The translations under genes were made by a program, and so were the position numbers. 64,000 nt of DNA from Macrostomum lignano (Eukaryota). The stretch lies in assembly GCA_002269645.1 (NCBI GenBank), contig NIVC01002036.1:146404-210403 (forward strand), given 5' to 3'. Positions 13,466 through 26,700 of this stretch are shown here, piece after piece (positions within the stretch are counted from its first letter, which is position 1; each line of letters begins with the position of its first letter). Below the pieces are notes generated by a model. That model did not search any database. It was not told where the DNA came from and saw nothing but the letters and a program-made list of their open reading frames with translations.

Positions 13466-16320
13466 ATGAAGTTTTTAGTGATCTTTAAAGACGACCGTCA
13501 AATTGTTGAGGTCTCGGAAAGCGAAGTGAAGCTTCCTGAAGGCTTTCAAAACCTTAAGGAAGAGGAATGGTTAGAAAAGAGGGACTCCACTGAGAAGTGG
13601 AAGTGTGAAGCCTTGTATGAAGGCTGTTTTTACTCTGCTCTAATTATTCAGGTAAGCAACCGATCCCAACGATTGAAATGTTAAAATTCTTGAATCGATC
13701 TAATATTTGTACGCTCATATTTTCTCATTAATTTAAAGGTAATACTAAGCAACAACCTAGAGCCTGGGAGCTTCCGCTTTGTGCGTGAATTGGTGGCCAA
13801 AAAGACCCGACTGAACCGAATTCTCGAGTTGGTTCAACCCAGAGTCTTTCAGGAGCGTGACATGAAGAAAGCACGAAGGCATTACCAGACTAAGGTAAAA
13901 TTAAGCACAGCCCATATAATTTTTATCGAGAACTTTGTTTTCTCCGTTTTACCTTTTAAACTATTTTTTAAGAAAAGGGAAGAAATTAAATGTGAAAATA
14001 ATCTTTAAAACTGACATTAACTTGATAATTTCTCATGCCGTAACCATCCCAAACAGAATCTGTCAGACGGCTCAGCCACCGATTCCGAGGCAATCTTCGA
14101 AGATAAGAGCAGCCGCTGTTTGCAACCTCCAGCTTTGCTGCCTAAACAACATCCGCCTACGATTGCACAGTTAGCGCCAATGCCTCCTATTAGTGATGAT
14201 GAAGCAGAAGCTGGCGTAGACGCCGATATGGAAGCTGAGGCGGAAGCTGAGGCGGAAGCTGAAGTGGAAGCTGAGGCGGAAGCTGAAGTGGAAGCTGAGG
14301 CGGAAGCTGAAGCGGAAGATGAGGTGGAAGCTGAGATCGGAGCTGAGGTGGAAGCTGAGATGGGAGCTGAGGCGGAAGCTGAGGCGGAAGCTGAGGTGGA
14401 AGCTGAGATGGGAGCTGAGGTGGAAGCTGAGGCGGAAGCTGAAATAGAAGCTGAGTTCGTAGCAGATGATCGATCGACGATTCCTAAGTCGCCTCCCACC
14501 ATTTCATCTTTTAATTTTGGTTCTGGCTTTCTTAGAAAACTAGAAGAGCAGATCCAAGCCGGTGTTAGCTTTGAGCTGGAAAGTCCAAGAGGCATCAAGT
14601 TTCTGTCCTTATATGCCCTACGCGAACTTACTATGCGCAAGAATGAATTGAAAGCATTAGAAAATAGTTTGACCAAACAAATCACCGCAATGCGCACTGA
14701 AGTGCAGAGCGTGCTACGCTTTTTGGAACCTGTTGGCGCTGACATTCCAACTGATAATTCTGAGCCTTCATTCTGGCCGATCAACTCCTGTGAAAAATAT
14801 GTGCAATTCGCTTCCAGTCCAAATGAACATATTTCTACTTTGGTAAGTTCATGACAGAGTTTTTTTATTTTCTTTTCATTAGAAGAAATGCTCTAACTAC
14901 TACTCAAAGCGCACTAGTACTATCACTGAAATAATAATCTATAAGTATTCTCACCTGTAAAAATCTAAACAGAAGAGCCTGCTACGTTCATGCAAGCGAG
15001 ACAAGTGGTCCGATGCTTTAATGGCAATGCTTAACGAGAGCTTGTCGAAAGAGATGCAGGCGGTTATTAATTTAATCGGGTCAGACATGCGAAGCCGAGC
15101 TGTTGCTGCTGGAGTTGCGACCAACCTTACTGATGCGCAGCTTGGATTTCAGAGCACTCTGCTCAGCCATTTCCAAAGTAAGTCTACTTAATCAACGTTC
15201 AATGAGACTTTTAGAGCTAAATATCAAGAAATTAGTCGAGCACAGTGCATGCTATTCATAGTAACTTTCAACTTTTTTCCTAACAGAAGCAATCACATTC
15301 ATCTATGGCGCGACCGCTGAAGCCGGCAGGCCCTCTGAACAATCTGTAAGAAATACTTGCAGACAGCAGCTAAAGCATGGCGGTGACCGATTAAAGGGGC
15401 GGTCGCATCGCACAGGAAGCCAGCTGCTTTCCGGAGTCCAGACTCAAAGCCCCGCTTCTGACAGCGCCGTACAAAGACAGTCTCTGGTGGCAGCGACTCC
15501 AAGCCCCGCTTCTGGCAGCGCCGTACAAAGACAGTCTCTGGTGGCAGCGACTCAAAGTCCCGCTTCTGACAGCGCCGTACAAAGACAGTCTCTGGTGGCA
15601 GCGACTCCAAGCCCCGCTTCTGGCAGCGCCGTACAAAGACAGTCTCTGGTGGCAGCGACTCCAAGCCCCGCTTCTGGCAGCGCCGTACAAAGACAGTCTC
15701 TGGTGGCAGCGACTCCAAGCCCCGCTTCTGGCAGCGCCGTGCAAAGACGGTCTTTGGTGGCAGCGACTCAAAGTCCCGCTTCTGGCAGCGCTGTGCAAAG
15801 ACGATCTCTGGTGGCAGCGACTCAAAGTCCCGCTTCTGGCAGCGCCGTGCAAAGACGGTCTTTGGTGGCAGCGACTCAAAGTCCCGCTTCTGGCAGCGCC
15901 GTGCAAAGACACAGCCATTCATCTTCTTTTTCCCTAGTGAGTAAAAACGTATCTAAACTGAATAATGAACGATGAATACTATGATTGCTAAGCATTAAAT
16001 ACTACTATCAGTAAGATAAAATGTGCATGCAGTAATTTTTTGTTTTCTTTCCAATGTCACAGACACCATCGCGACTATCAGCGGGAGAAGTGCCGCCAGC
16101 GGCGACAGCAAAGCCGAGCTCCCAATCCAGAAAGCGAGCGAGTATTCAGTTGGATTCTCAGCCTCGAAAGCGGAACAACCATCGCCCCCGTTCAGCAAAG
16201 TCAAAAACCAACTACCGCACTGACTGCTCTCTCGAATCTGATGACGAAACCGAATCAAGTGGATCAAACTGGTCCGAAGATCAGCGAGAGCTGGATGATG
16301 GACAATTTAAAATCTTCTAA
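13466..16320 (+). CDS. Transposon accessory gene (ORF2/TnpA-like, DUF4806-like segment), 6 exons, ~746 aa
   Basis: Exons 13466-13651, 13739-13894, 14057-14842, 14973-15177, 15287-15936 and 16063-16320 all have GT-AG ends and compatible phases (total 2241 nt = 747 codons including stop). Segments SFWPINS..., [13 protein letters not shown]...F and [13 protein letters not shown] resemble DUF4806-type proteins that accompany these transposases (inference). Confidence 0.7.
14210..14460 (+). repeat. Coding low-complexity repeat (GAAGCTGAGG(C/T)G-type units) encoding an (EA)n acidic tract in ORF2
   Basis: Visible repeat in frame within ORF2 exon 3. Confidence 0.9.
15440..15910 (+). repeat. Coding 54-bp tandem repeat x ~8.5 (18-aa unit VAAT(P/Q)[10 protein letters not shown](Q/R)SL) in ORF2
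   Basis: TCTCTGGTGG recurs at 15481 and 15535 (54-bp period), in frame within ORF2 exon 5. Confidence 0.9.
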
Positions 16321-17713
16321 TTATGAGAGCACGTATTTTACGAGTAAATGCTGTCAAAATGATTTTAAAACTGACATTCTTTCAACACCTTTGTTGCCAA
16401 AAACTTAACTATTTTTCGTTCTAATATTGTGTTTTAATATCAGTTCCATTTAACTTCGCTAAATAAATTCAAATTTCATTACATTTAAGTTTCTTATTCG
16501 ATTTCATTCATAGACTCAAACTAATTTTCTAAAGAACTGCAAAAAAATTTACAAAAGGCAAACTTCGTAAGCAGGTAGCAGCAAGGTTGTTTAAATTTAT
16601 AATGGAAGAGACAATTGCTTAAAAAAATCAGATAGCTCTGAAAATTATTTGGAAATAAATTCAATTTTGAAACAACCAGAAAGCTAGGCTGCTGCCAGAG
16701 CAAAATATATCAGTAAAAGCCCTGCATACTACTGTTAGTAGAGTAAACCAATTCTTGCCTTAATTTATTGGGCAGTCCACCGGGCGCCGGGTATAAGGCC
16801 GGCGCCCCGACTGGACAAAGAGTGCGCCCCGCTACCGGCCACAGGCCACCGGGCGCCGCGGTCTGCGCACCCTTGGGCGTACCAGAATTTCCCACTGGGA
16901 ATAGCCGATGAAACAGTAGAGACAGGGGGAATGCGGGGCAGTTGCGTGGCGAGAGTGCGATGCGATTCTATTAATAATTACAATAAATTATAAACACTGC
17001 GATAGTAAAACAATAATTCAATAAATGAATAAACGATATTAGCGAAGTGAATGCGGCATACGGAAATTGATGCTTGCTAAAATTTAAGAAATATTTCAAA
17101 CACGGAAAAGCAAACAGAAAAACAAATACGGAGCCAAATTTTATTTACTTCCACGCTGCTGCTCGCCAGAAGGCCTCGAAGGGGGAGGAAGGAGGCGCTG
17201 ATCCGCGATCGCCAGTCTCTGGCTGCACCGCCCGATTTTCAGCGACTCCAAGTTGCGGCGAGTTTTGAAGATTTCAATTTCAAAACAATAATAATTTTAG
17301 TTAGCAATGAGGGGGTGCGTCAGCTAAGGAGAGGGGGTGGGTTGCTTGAATTATCTTTCAGATATGCGCTTCGAGATTTAGTAGCTCTGGACAGTGGGGA
17401 GTTTCAATGCGTTATTAGTTGCTATTATTGTATATTATAATGTGTTTTATGCCATCGACACAAGCCAGCGCCTCATCAACCTGGTCAGAATGGAGAGAAA
17501 AGTTCGAAGGTGGGGCGCGTATCGGCCTGGGACCGAAATAAAAATTTCAGTCTTAGCTATAAACTACAATAGAATACCAATTGCTGAAGTCATTAACTCA
17601 AATTTAATCTAGCCTATTCTTAAATAAAAATTCAGATTGACTAAGTCGAAAGACTGACTTTTATTACATTTGAAGTGCGAATGCTTGCACTCCAACTAGC
17701 TGAAAGACTCACC

Positions 17714-20700
17714 TTATTTCCCACCGGCGGCTGACTTCTCCCACCAGTTCTGTTGCTGCTGTCCGCCGCTTCGGCCATCGCTGCTGCCGGACTCCTGCTG
17801 GTCGCGGCTTTGGCCCCAGCCCTGCTGACTGCCATTGGACTGCTGCTGCTGCTGCTGGTATTGCTGCCACTGCTGCCACTGCTGCCACTGATCTTGCTGG
17901 GTGGACTGGGTTTTGATGAGGGATGGCGGACAGAAGGGGTATGTTTCTATTAGTTCTCTTTCCACGTTTCCTACCGTATCTAACACCTATCCTAGTCCTA
18001 ACCCATCTAGCACCTCTGCTACCCCATCTAGCACCTCTGCTACCCCATCTAGCACCTCTGCTACCCCATCTAGCACCTCTGCTACCCCATCCAGCACCTC
18101 TCCTAACCCATCTGGCACCTCTCCTACGACATCTAGCACCTCTGCTACCCCATCTAGCACCTCTCCTACGACATCTAGCACCTCTGCTACCCCATCTAGC
18201 ACCTCTCCTACCCCATCTAGCACCTCTCCTACCCCATCCAGCACCTCTCCTACCCCATCTAGCACCTCTGCTACCGCATCTATCATCTCTCAAGCCGATC
18301 AATCAAGTGAAAGCGTACCGACTGCTGTTGCGACTGCGGCTGCTGTTGCGCCGATGAGCCGGCAGGCTGCTGGCCGGCCTGCTGCAGGATGGCATCGGCG
18401 TAATTGTCCATGCCCTGGCGGCGATAGTACTCAGCCCAGGCCAGGCTGTAGTCCATCTGGCCAGTCTGGTCATTGTACTGCGGCGCTGGTAGCGGCTCCT
18501 GTTGCTGCTGCTGCAATTGCTGCTCCTGGCCGTTGTTGCCATAGTAACCAGCCGAGTCGCCGCCGTACTGCTGCTGGCCATACTGCTGCTGATAGCTCTG
18601 TCCACCCTGCTGGCTCTGATGGGGCAGGCCGGCTTTCTCGCAGATGAGGCGAACAGCTTCCGCTATTTGAGCTTGGCTGCCCTGCAATGAAAAATACAGA
18701 GACAAAGGTGAGATGTGATAACGACTCGAGCAACTGCTTGGCTTGGACTTTGTGGCACTGCAACAAGTCAAGGCGACAACTGACCCACAGACAGAGGCAA
18801 GCAACAATGCCCATGCCGACCAGTCAGAACTTAGATAAAAAACCAACGTAATAGCTAATGAGTAATAAATATAGGTAATTTTGCTACTAGAAAGTACTTG
18901 ATTACTAAATGAGGTATTCTTGACTGGATAGGGTATTTTCGGTTACTGAATCGGGGTATTTTTGGCTGCTGAAAAGTGGTATTCTTTGCATTAGATGGTG
19001 GGGTGTACTTGGCTACTGGATAGGAGTATTCTTGGCTACTGGATGGGGGTATTCCTGGCTAATGGATGGGAGTATTCTGGGCTACAGGATAGGGTATTCT
19101 CGACTACTGGATGGGGGTATTCTTGGCTGCTGGATGAAGAACTCTCTGCATACCTGAATATCAAACACCTTGATAGAATCGTTAGGCGGCGGTTCCCGTT
19201 GGATGGCAACGTAGGCGCCGGACACGCGCTGGATTTCTTTGATCGTCTCGCCGCCTTTCCCGATGACCAGGCCGGCTTTCTCGGCCGGTATGGCGTACGT
19301 GGCCGGCCGGTTGTCCGGGCCGCCGCCGCCGCCGCCGCCGCCGCGAGACCGATCAGCCGAGGGCATTTCGCCATTCATAACAGCGTTGATGAGCTCGTGA
19401 ACTCGCTCTACGGCCATCTGCGCACAGTGCACGTTGCCGGAGATCTGCGTTGGGGGTAATGGGGCGGTGGTGAAGGGTAATGGGCGGCGGTGAAGGGTAA
19501 TTGGCGGTGGTGAAGGGTAATGGGCGGCGGTGAAGGGTAATTGGCGGTGGTGAAGGGTAATGAGACGGCGGTGAAGGGTAATGAGACGGCGGTGAGGGTA
19601 ATGGGGTGGTGAAAGATAATGGGCGGTGGTGAAGGGTAATGAGAAGGTGAAAGGTATTGGGACGGTGGTGAAGGGTAATAGGGCGGCGGTGAAGGGTAAT
19701 GGGGCGGCGGTGAAAGGTAGTGGGGCGGCGGTTTCCAACTTCCAAGCCAATATCTAGGGGCTCAATTGTAATTGCGAACAGAACAAGAGGGCTGTATAAT
19801 GAAGTTTCATTGAGTAGAAAAAGGGGCGATTTTTTAGCCATAAAGTGATTTTAAGGACGGTTTGATACTACATTTCTAATAATTGTTATCATGAAATGAA
19901 GGCGCTGGAACTACACGAGGCAACACTGGTCTTGATAACTTGTAAAGACAGCTTGCAAGCTTACCTGCAGAGTGCGCTCAGGCAGGTCTCGATCACCTGG
20001 TCCCTCCTGCTTGAACTGCACCTTGGCCCCGGTGTCCTGATTAATCTTGCGCAGCATCTCGCCGCCCTTGCCAATGACAACGCCAACACATCGGCGAGGC
20101 ACTTTAATCTCTTCAAAACTCTCGCCGTAGCCGCTGCTGCCGCCGTAGTGACTGCCGCCGAAAGCGCCACGGCCGCCATAGCCGCCGCCACCGCCACCGC
20201 CGCCGCCAAAACTGCCAGGTCCCCTGGGCCCGCCAGCGCCTTGGCCGAAGCCGCCAGAGGGCTGCTGCTCCTTGGAGTTGAGCAGCTCCATCACCAGATC
20301 GCGAGCGTAGTTTAACCGATCGGGGGTGCCTAATTGTAAATGGGGAGGGGGGCGTTTCTTCACTTCTGACGACTTCGCACTGCTGCCTGAATTTTATTTC
20401 ACATCGCTGCGCTGACAGTTAATTCTTTATCTTTCCAATACCATGCAGAATACCTCTGCGACCAAATTGATCAGTTGCTAATGTTTCCATGGAAATAGAT
20501 TCTGCTCAAAGCATCGAGAGAATTGCTCACGAGAACTTTGCAGTCGATGTCAATGACTACTTTGTCGATTTCTATTTGGCAGTCCAGATTTACTAATTCA
20601 AAGCAAGCTCATTAGCTGATGGAAACTGTCGCCCAGCTGAACTAATTACATCATAGTCGATCAACAATGACAATGATTAACTGCTTACTTATCACGTACG

Positions 20701-23700
20701 TACGAGAGCATTCAATCATTCTAAGGTAGGCACTCGATGCAAATCCAATTTACTGAAGTGGCCATACATGTAAATCGTTATTGCTGACCAACAGCACAGT
20801 ATAAATGCAGTAACGATGAGCCAGCCTAACAGGCCAATATTGGCTTTTATAAATCGACGGCTGCAGAGAATCAATGTCGAATTCGGGCGAGTCTAAGAGC
20901 GCTGTCCAAGGTGCGGCTACCAGCAGGGCAAGAAAATTGGCTTGGAATGAAGGCAACAGCAAGGATGAAATACTAGAAATCAAGGATACCGACGAGATAT
21001 CGGCAATGGAGCTTCAAGACAGAAGCATGGAGCTGCTCCACTTTGGGAACTATGCGCAATTTGCTGCGGAACTGCAGCAGCATCCGGAGCTGCTGCGGCA
21101 CAGCGACTGCCGATTCTGCGACGGCGTCACCGACGACAGCTCGGAGGCAGATCGGCAGCCCAAGCTGTCACAGTTCTGCCTCGTGCTGCTCGCTCGGGAC
21201 GACGAGCTGGCCAGCCGAGCCGTCGAGCTGGTTGACAGCCTCGGTCTGTGGGACCGCGTCCGCTGCGCCCTGTTCCTCCTGGTGGACTTTTGCTGCTCCA
21301 GCCTGGCCAGCCCGACTGACGAGGCGCAGCTCGCTTGGTTCTTCGCCAGACTGTCGCGCCAGCATCCGGACGCGTGCGCTCGGCTGCTGAGCGAGGAGCT
21401 GACAGCCGACTGCTTGACACCGCTGGAGTACGCAGCGGCCAGGGACTGCTTCCACCTGGCGGCAGCGTTCGCCAATGCGCCCGGATACCTGATCAGAGAG
21501 CGCGAGCACCCAACCGACCCGAACCTGCTGGTCGAGGAGGTCGACCTCAGCCGCTACTCCAGCTCTGGTGGAGATCGCTTCCTAAAGTCTCCGTTCGTGA
21601 AATTCGTTTTAAGCGCACAGCAGCTTATTGGAGACAAACTGCCACCAAGTTACTTGTGTTTCTTCAAAAGTCCTGTTGCACAAGCGTACTTTAGCAGCAT
21701 CGGCAACAATGCGCAGTACCAACTGGCCACTTTGATTTCGCTGGCGTTCAACACGCTGACGTTTATTTTCCTGCTGGCCACACTTAATATCAGAATATTC
21801 ACTATGAACACCTTCAACTCGAGCGTGCAGGTGAAAATTCCGGGCCAGAAGGACTACAGTTTGGCCTTTATTGATGTCGTGTCCCCTGAATTCATTGCAA
21901 GCTATCGCTACTTATTTTACATTAGAATATCAATCCAGGTGTTTACAATTCTTTCCGGATTGTACTGGATTGCAGCCGAATTCGTCAATCACTACACCAC
22001 GCCGAAGCTGATGCGACAGAGATGGAAGGGCCTGCTATGGATTAAGGGCTTCGCAACTCTGCGGGGCTGCATATTTGAGGGTGTAATGCTCGGATTCTTT
22101 GGCATCCAGATCGCAGCGCTAGTGCTGGAGCAGCTATTTTTTCTGGACCCGAGCAGCTATTTCCAGGTGGGCAGGGACTGGTTTGTGGAGTCTGTGCGGC
22201 TGCAGTTAGTGTTTATAATCGATACAGAGTTCATGGTGATGATGATGCTGCTGTTTGCCTGCAAGATGGCCGGTTACTGCCAAACTGTGTTTTATGTGCT
22301 GCACTGCCTGAATGCCTGCGTAACGCTGATATACATCATCTGCCTGCCTCTGCTTCTTGTTGGCTTCACTATGCTGCTCAATCAGCCTTACGTCACCTGC
22401 CAGAGCTTCTCCTGGGTCTGCGCCATGGACTATTTGGGTCGGACGTTCCGTTACACCTTTACCTTGGGTGAATTCAGCGGAATTAGCGACTACCTGGTGC
22501 TGTGGCCTCAGGCAGTTGTTTACTTGTGGGTAGCGGTGTTCCTGCTCAACTTTGGCGTCGGACTGCTCACTCAGCAGATAGCGGTACTGCAAGAGAATGT
22601 CGAAGTTCGACAGGCAATCTTTGTCGCGTACGTGTCCCAGCAGTACGCTATGTCGCGTTGGAGTCCAATGGGACTCCTGCGTCCAAAGCGTCCAAGCAGG
22701 TTTGTGCTGACCAGGGGTCGCGTGAATATCAAGTCAAGTAGTTGGATTGACGGCTGTCACTTTTTCAGCGAATATGAATAAACCATTAAAAAGCATCATC
22801 TATTTGGTTCTTTTATATGTAATACTCGTATATAAGTAAATTAACATTACCCCAATGTTTTGAGCAAACATTACTGCAAATATTATGATATTAATTAGAT
22901 TACAAAGTCTAACCCACTGTTCCATTCTGCTGTGAATTCATCTGTCATCTGATTAGCTGACAGCAGAAGTTAATTAAATAAAATCCATGGCAACCGACCA
23001 GTGTTTATTAAAACACACTTTACTTCACATGAAAGGAACTTTCAAATTTCCAAAAAAGAGCTGTGTTTTCCTCCTATAAGACTACTTTATCATTTAGAGC
23101 TTCCTGCTTGATTATGAGTAGCAAACTTTATTTATTTATAATGTAGTGTACAAACCATGATTTGGCTGACAATAAGAAAGTCGGGGGTTGCTGTACATCC
23201 TGCATGTGACTGACAAGACTTTGCCACCTGCCTGGCTCGGGGCTGACTGTCGATTTCATTCGCGTCAGAACTCAAAATCCCTACAGCAAACTTCTATCTT
23301 CTAACCGGTTGCGTGCATGCGTAGCATTTCTCCGACTCACCAGTTATCTTAAGCGGCTTCTCAGACATCGAAGCCGTTGTGCCGTCCTGAATCAGAATCA
23401 TTTTGACGCCGGATTTCTCCTGCAGGCTTTTAATATTCTCGCCTCCTCGGCCAATCAATAGGCCAACTTTAGCGGCCGGAATGTTAATCTCGATGCTTTC
23501 CTGTGCCTGGTCGCCTCGGCTCCGATCGCCGGCTCCGCCTCCACCCTTCTCGGCAATCATGGTGTCCATCATCCGCTTGGCCCGCTCGACCTCGGACTGC
23601 CCGCCCGAGATGGTCACATTGCGGGTGCCGTCCACGCTGTCCGAGCTGATCTGGATGCGGGCGCCAGACTCTGCCTGCAGCCTGGTGATCGTCTCGCCGC

Positions 23701-26700
23701 CCCGGCCAATCATCAGGCCGACATAGCGGTCGAGGATTTTGTGCTCCACAGTGTGGCTGGGCGCCGCAGGGGCCGCGTCAGCCAGGGAGGTCATCAGCAT
23801 CGGCGGCTTCACCGCGGCCGCAGCTGCACCACTGCCGGCGGCGCTGCCGCAGAGCTTCTCATTAATTTTGGCGGCTGCGGCGGCGGCGGCGGCCAACTTG
23901 GCGCTGCTGGCGGGCGTGACAGCAGAGGCGGCTCCCGCTGTTGCCGCTGCAGAGTCGCCGCCGGGACCAGCGAAGCTGCGCTTTGTAGCCGGCGAGTCGT
24001 CATCGTCGGAGTTGCTGGAGTTGAAGCTGCGCTTGGCGCCTGCAGTCGGGTCGGCAGATGCGGCCGCTCCGCCTCCATCGGGCGCAGAGGCAGTCAGACT
24101 GGCAGCAATCTGTCGGAAAAGATGCATGAGCTCAACTCAGCTGCTAGTTTAGCAGTTTCCTACCAACCAGTGTCTTGTTTGTATGCAAAAACTTTAATAT
24201 AAATGGCAATGGTTATAAAAATGCATAAATTCTTATTATATCACTCGTTTTACCTATTTGTGCTGTTAAGTCGCAGTTGAGAATATAAACTTTTGGAGAC
24301 CAAAAATGATCCGTCTGTAAAAGTTTTTCTGCACAATGCACTATACACTTTTACCTCATGAGGCCAGACTAGCATAGACAGAGTCAGACAGAGCCATAGA
24401 CATTTAGTGCTAGCTCATTATCTTTACAATTGGCATGGCCGTGGCCTCATGAGGTAAAACTCGCTTCCGCTCTAGATTGCTAATTATAGAACTCCTTGGC
24501 AGAGGCTACTTAGCATTAGCAACGAGTACACCATTTTACCTCCTATTTTGAACAATTTTTTTCTTGCATTTTTCCTATGGTACTTACTGGCTTCATTGTC
24601 CCTAAAAATGTACTAACTTTTTTGAATATTTAAGAAAAATGAATTAAAGAAACTGTTTTAGCCCAATTTGGAGCTGCTTAGCTCCAATTTTGTGCCAATC
24701 AGTTGTGAAAAATTTGTGCCATACAGTGGCGAAAAATTCTTGCCATTGCTGAAAAATTTGTGCATTTGCGCCTCATTTGTGCCAGGTGCAAATTTGCACC
24801 TCACTAGGACCACTGACTATAATGCTTAGCTGATGAGTTTCATAGCATTTTTTAATTGCCTTGAAAAAATGCTATATTTATTATTTTTTGTTTTGCCATG
24901 GTACCTTACTGAAACTAAATGTAATATAATATAAAAACATAAGTTTCAAAACACAGTATAAAAAGGTCATTTATTTTTGCAATATTGGCCTAGATTTGAG
25001 TGTTGGCATATTGCATGCACTTAATTTTTCAGGCATATATTTGTAGCTATTTAATTTTTGTGCAGGCTTGCACCCAGTATGATCTGGACTACAGCAAAAA
25101 GAGTTGTAACTAAGCTGACTAAATGTGACTAAGGTAACTAATCTTTCATTTTGTTCTAATATTTGATTTATATATTTATTAACAATGGTAGATTTGGAGA
25201 AGAGGCATACAAGGTATGCACCACCGTGGTAACAGTCCAATTCAGTAATAGCCACTTTAGTAATAGCCATTTTAGTAACACCACTTTAGTAACAAGTGGA
25301 AATAACAGTAAATATATAGCAAAATCTAAAAATATGGGATAAAATGGTAAAACAAATCTGTGGATATTTGATAGAAAGTAATGTATCTAAAAAGCTTTTT
25401 GAAAGACAAATGAGTCTTTAAAAAGTTCTAGATAAAAACTTTATGCTTTGTATTGTTCAATAAATGAGTAAAAAAACCACAAAAAACATTTTAAAAGTCT
25501 GAGTTGACTGTGTCACAATTTTTGTTTTACTTTTTTCACTAATAAACAATTAATTTTAGGACTGGTAGACCTTAAAGAAAGCTATTTTTACTATTTACAA
25601 AACAGAAAGTATTCTATGGTTTGCTTTTCATTTTATTCAAAAAGATGAAAGATTTCTAAGTTTATCTAAAACTATATAAACTCACAAAAATTCATACTAA
25701 TTTAAAATGCAAAGCTTGATAATAAACATTTCTCTTTAAAGTAGATATACTGCTCATTCCTTGCTGCAAAATAATCTTCAAGTTGTTTTCTTTCATTTAA
25801 ATATCAGCTTGTATAATATTAGTGTATGTCATATACCTATATTAAGACTTAATTTGCTTTAGTAGAAGCTGAGTAAAATGTAATTTTCTGATCCCTGATG
25901 GGAATTCCAATGTGTTACCTAGCTTTCAAATCAGATGCTTCCTGTATGCTTATTAAGCAACAAAGAACAATGAAATTATACTTAAATAAATATGTATCAT
26001 TGCAGCATATATATAGGGAGAAAAATAATTTTCCAAACTGCTTTAGTAGAAGCTAAGTAAAATACAATTTTCCTATCCTTACAAGAGATGTGTATGCTTA
26101 ATAATAAACTTATATTGAATCCATTAATTGCAGACAAACTTTTACATAACCTTTGAAACTTTGAATAAACCCTTGAAAAGTATGTTAAATATGTTCTAGC
26201 ATTATAGAATGTAAATTTAGGATACTTAAAGCTAATAAATACATTATTAGAGCTTTTCTATCATTTCATTAAGTCATTTTAGTCATAATTTAATTGATCA
26301 TTTTAACAAATCATTTCATTAAAGATAAGGCTATATGTAAATAATTTGTGCTTTTATAGATGTTTTTTAACTTTTTAAACTAAACTAAATTTATTTTATA
26401 GCTTTATTGTTTTCAAAACACAAAAATTGAATTTTTTAAAAAAACTTGCTCTTAATTTTCTTTCTTTTGCTATATTGATTGATATGCTCTAAAAAGATTT
26501 TGCAAACAAACTTTAAAGAAAGAATGACAAAAATAATTGAGATATATTCTCACAAAATTTGAGATTTGGATTGATGCGAAAACTATATGTATATTAATAT
26601 ACCTGTATTTTTATTCTAATTTCTAGGTATATCAGATGCATATAAGCTGAAACAACCTATTGACTAAATATTATAAACATCAGAATCTCTGAGTTAGTGA

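Larger units (their letters stand above)
8441..16899. mobile_element. Full-length EnSpm/CACTA (CMC superfamily) DNA transposon, 8459 bp
   Basis: Left end is AA|CCCAGTGG (8441) and right end is CCACTGGG|AA (16899), giving an 8-bp perfect TIR and a 2-bp AA TSD. GC-rich subterminal repeats (GGGCGTACC, GGCCGGCGCCCC) occur at both ends. The element encloses an intact transposase ORF and a divergent second gene. CCC/CAC termini with 2-bp TSDs are known for animal EnSpm elements. Confidence 0.88.

Noticed and set aside
14017-14784. 255-aa minus-strand (AS)n ORF
   Set aside because: Antisense shadow of the (EA)n tract in ORF2 exon 3.
17709-18647. Repetitive ORFs (TPSSTSA, LAPLLPH, EVLDGV)
   Set aside because: Translations of the intronic 21-bp minisatellite or antisense to FUBP exons.
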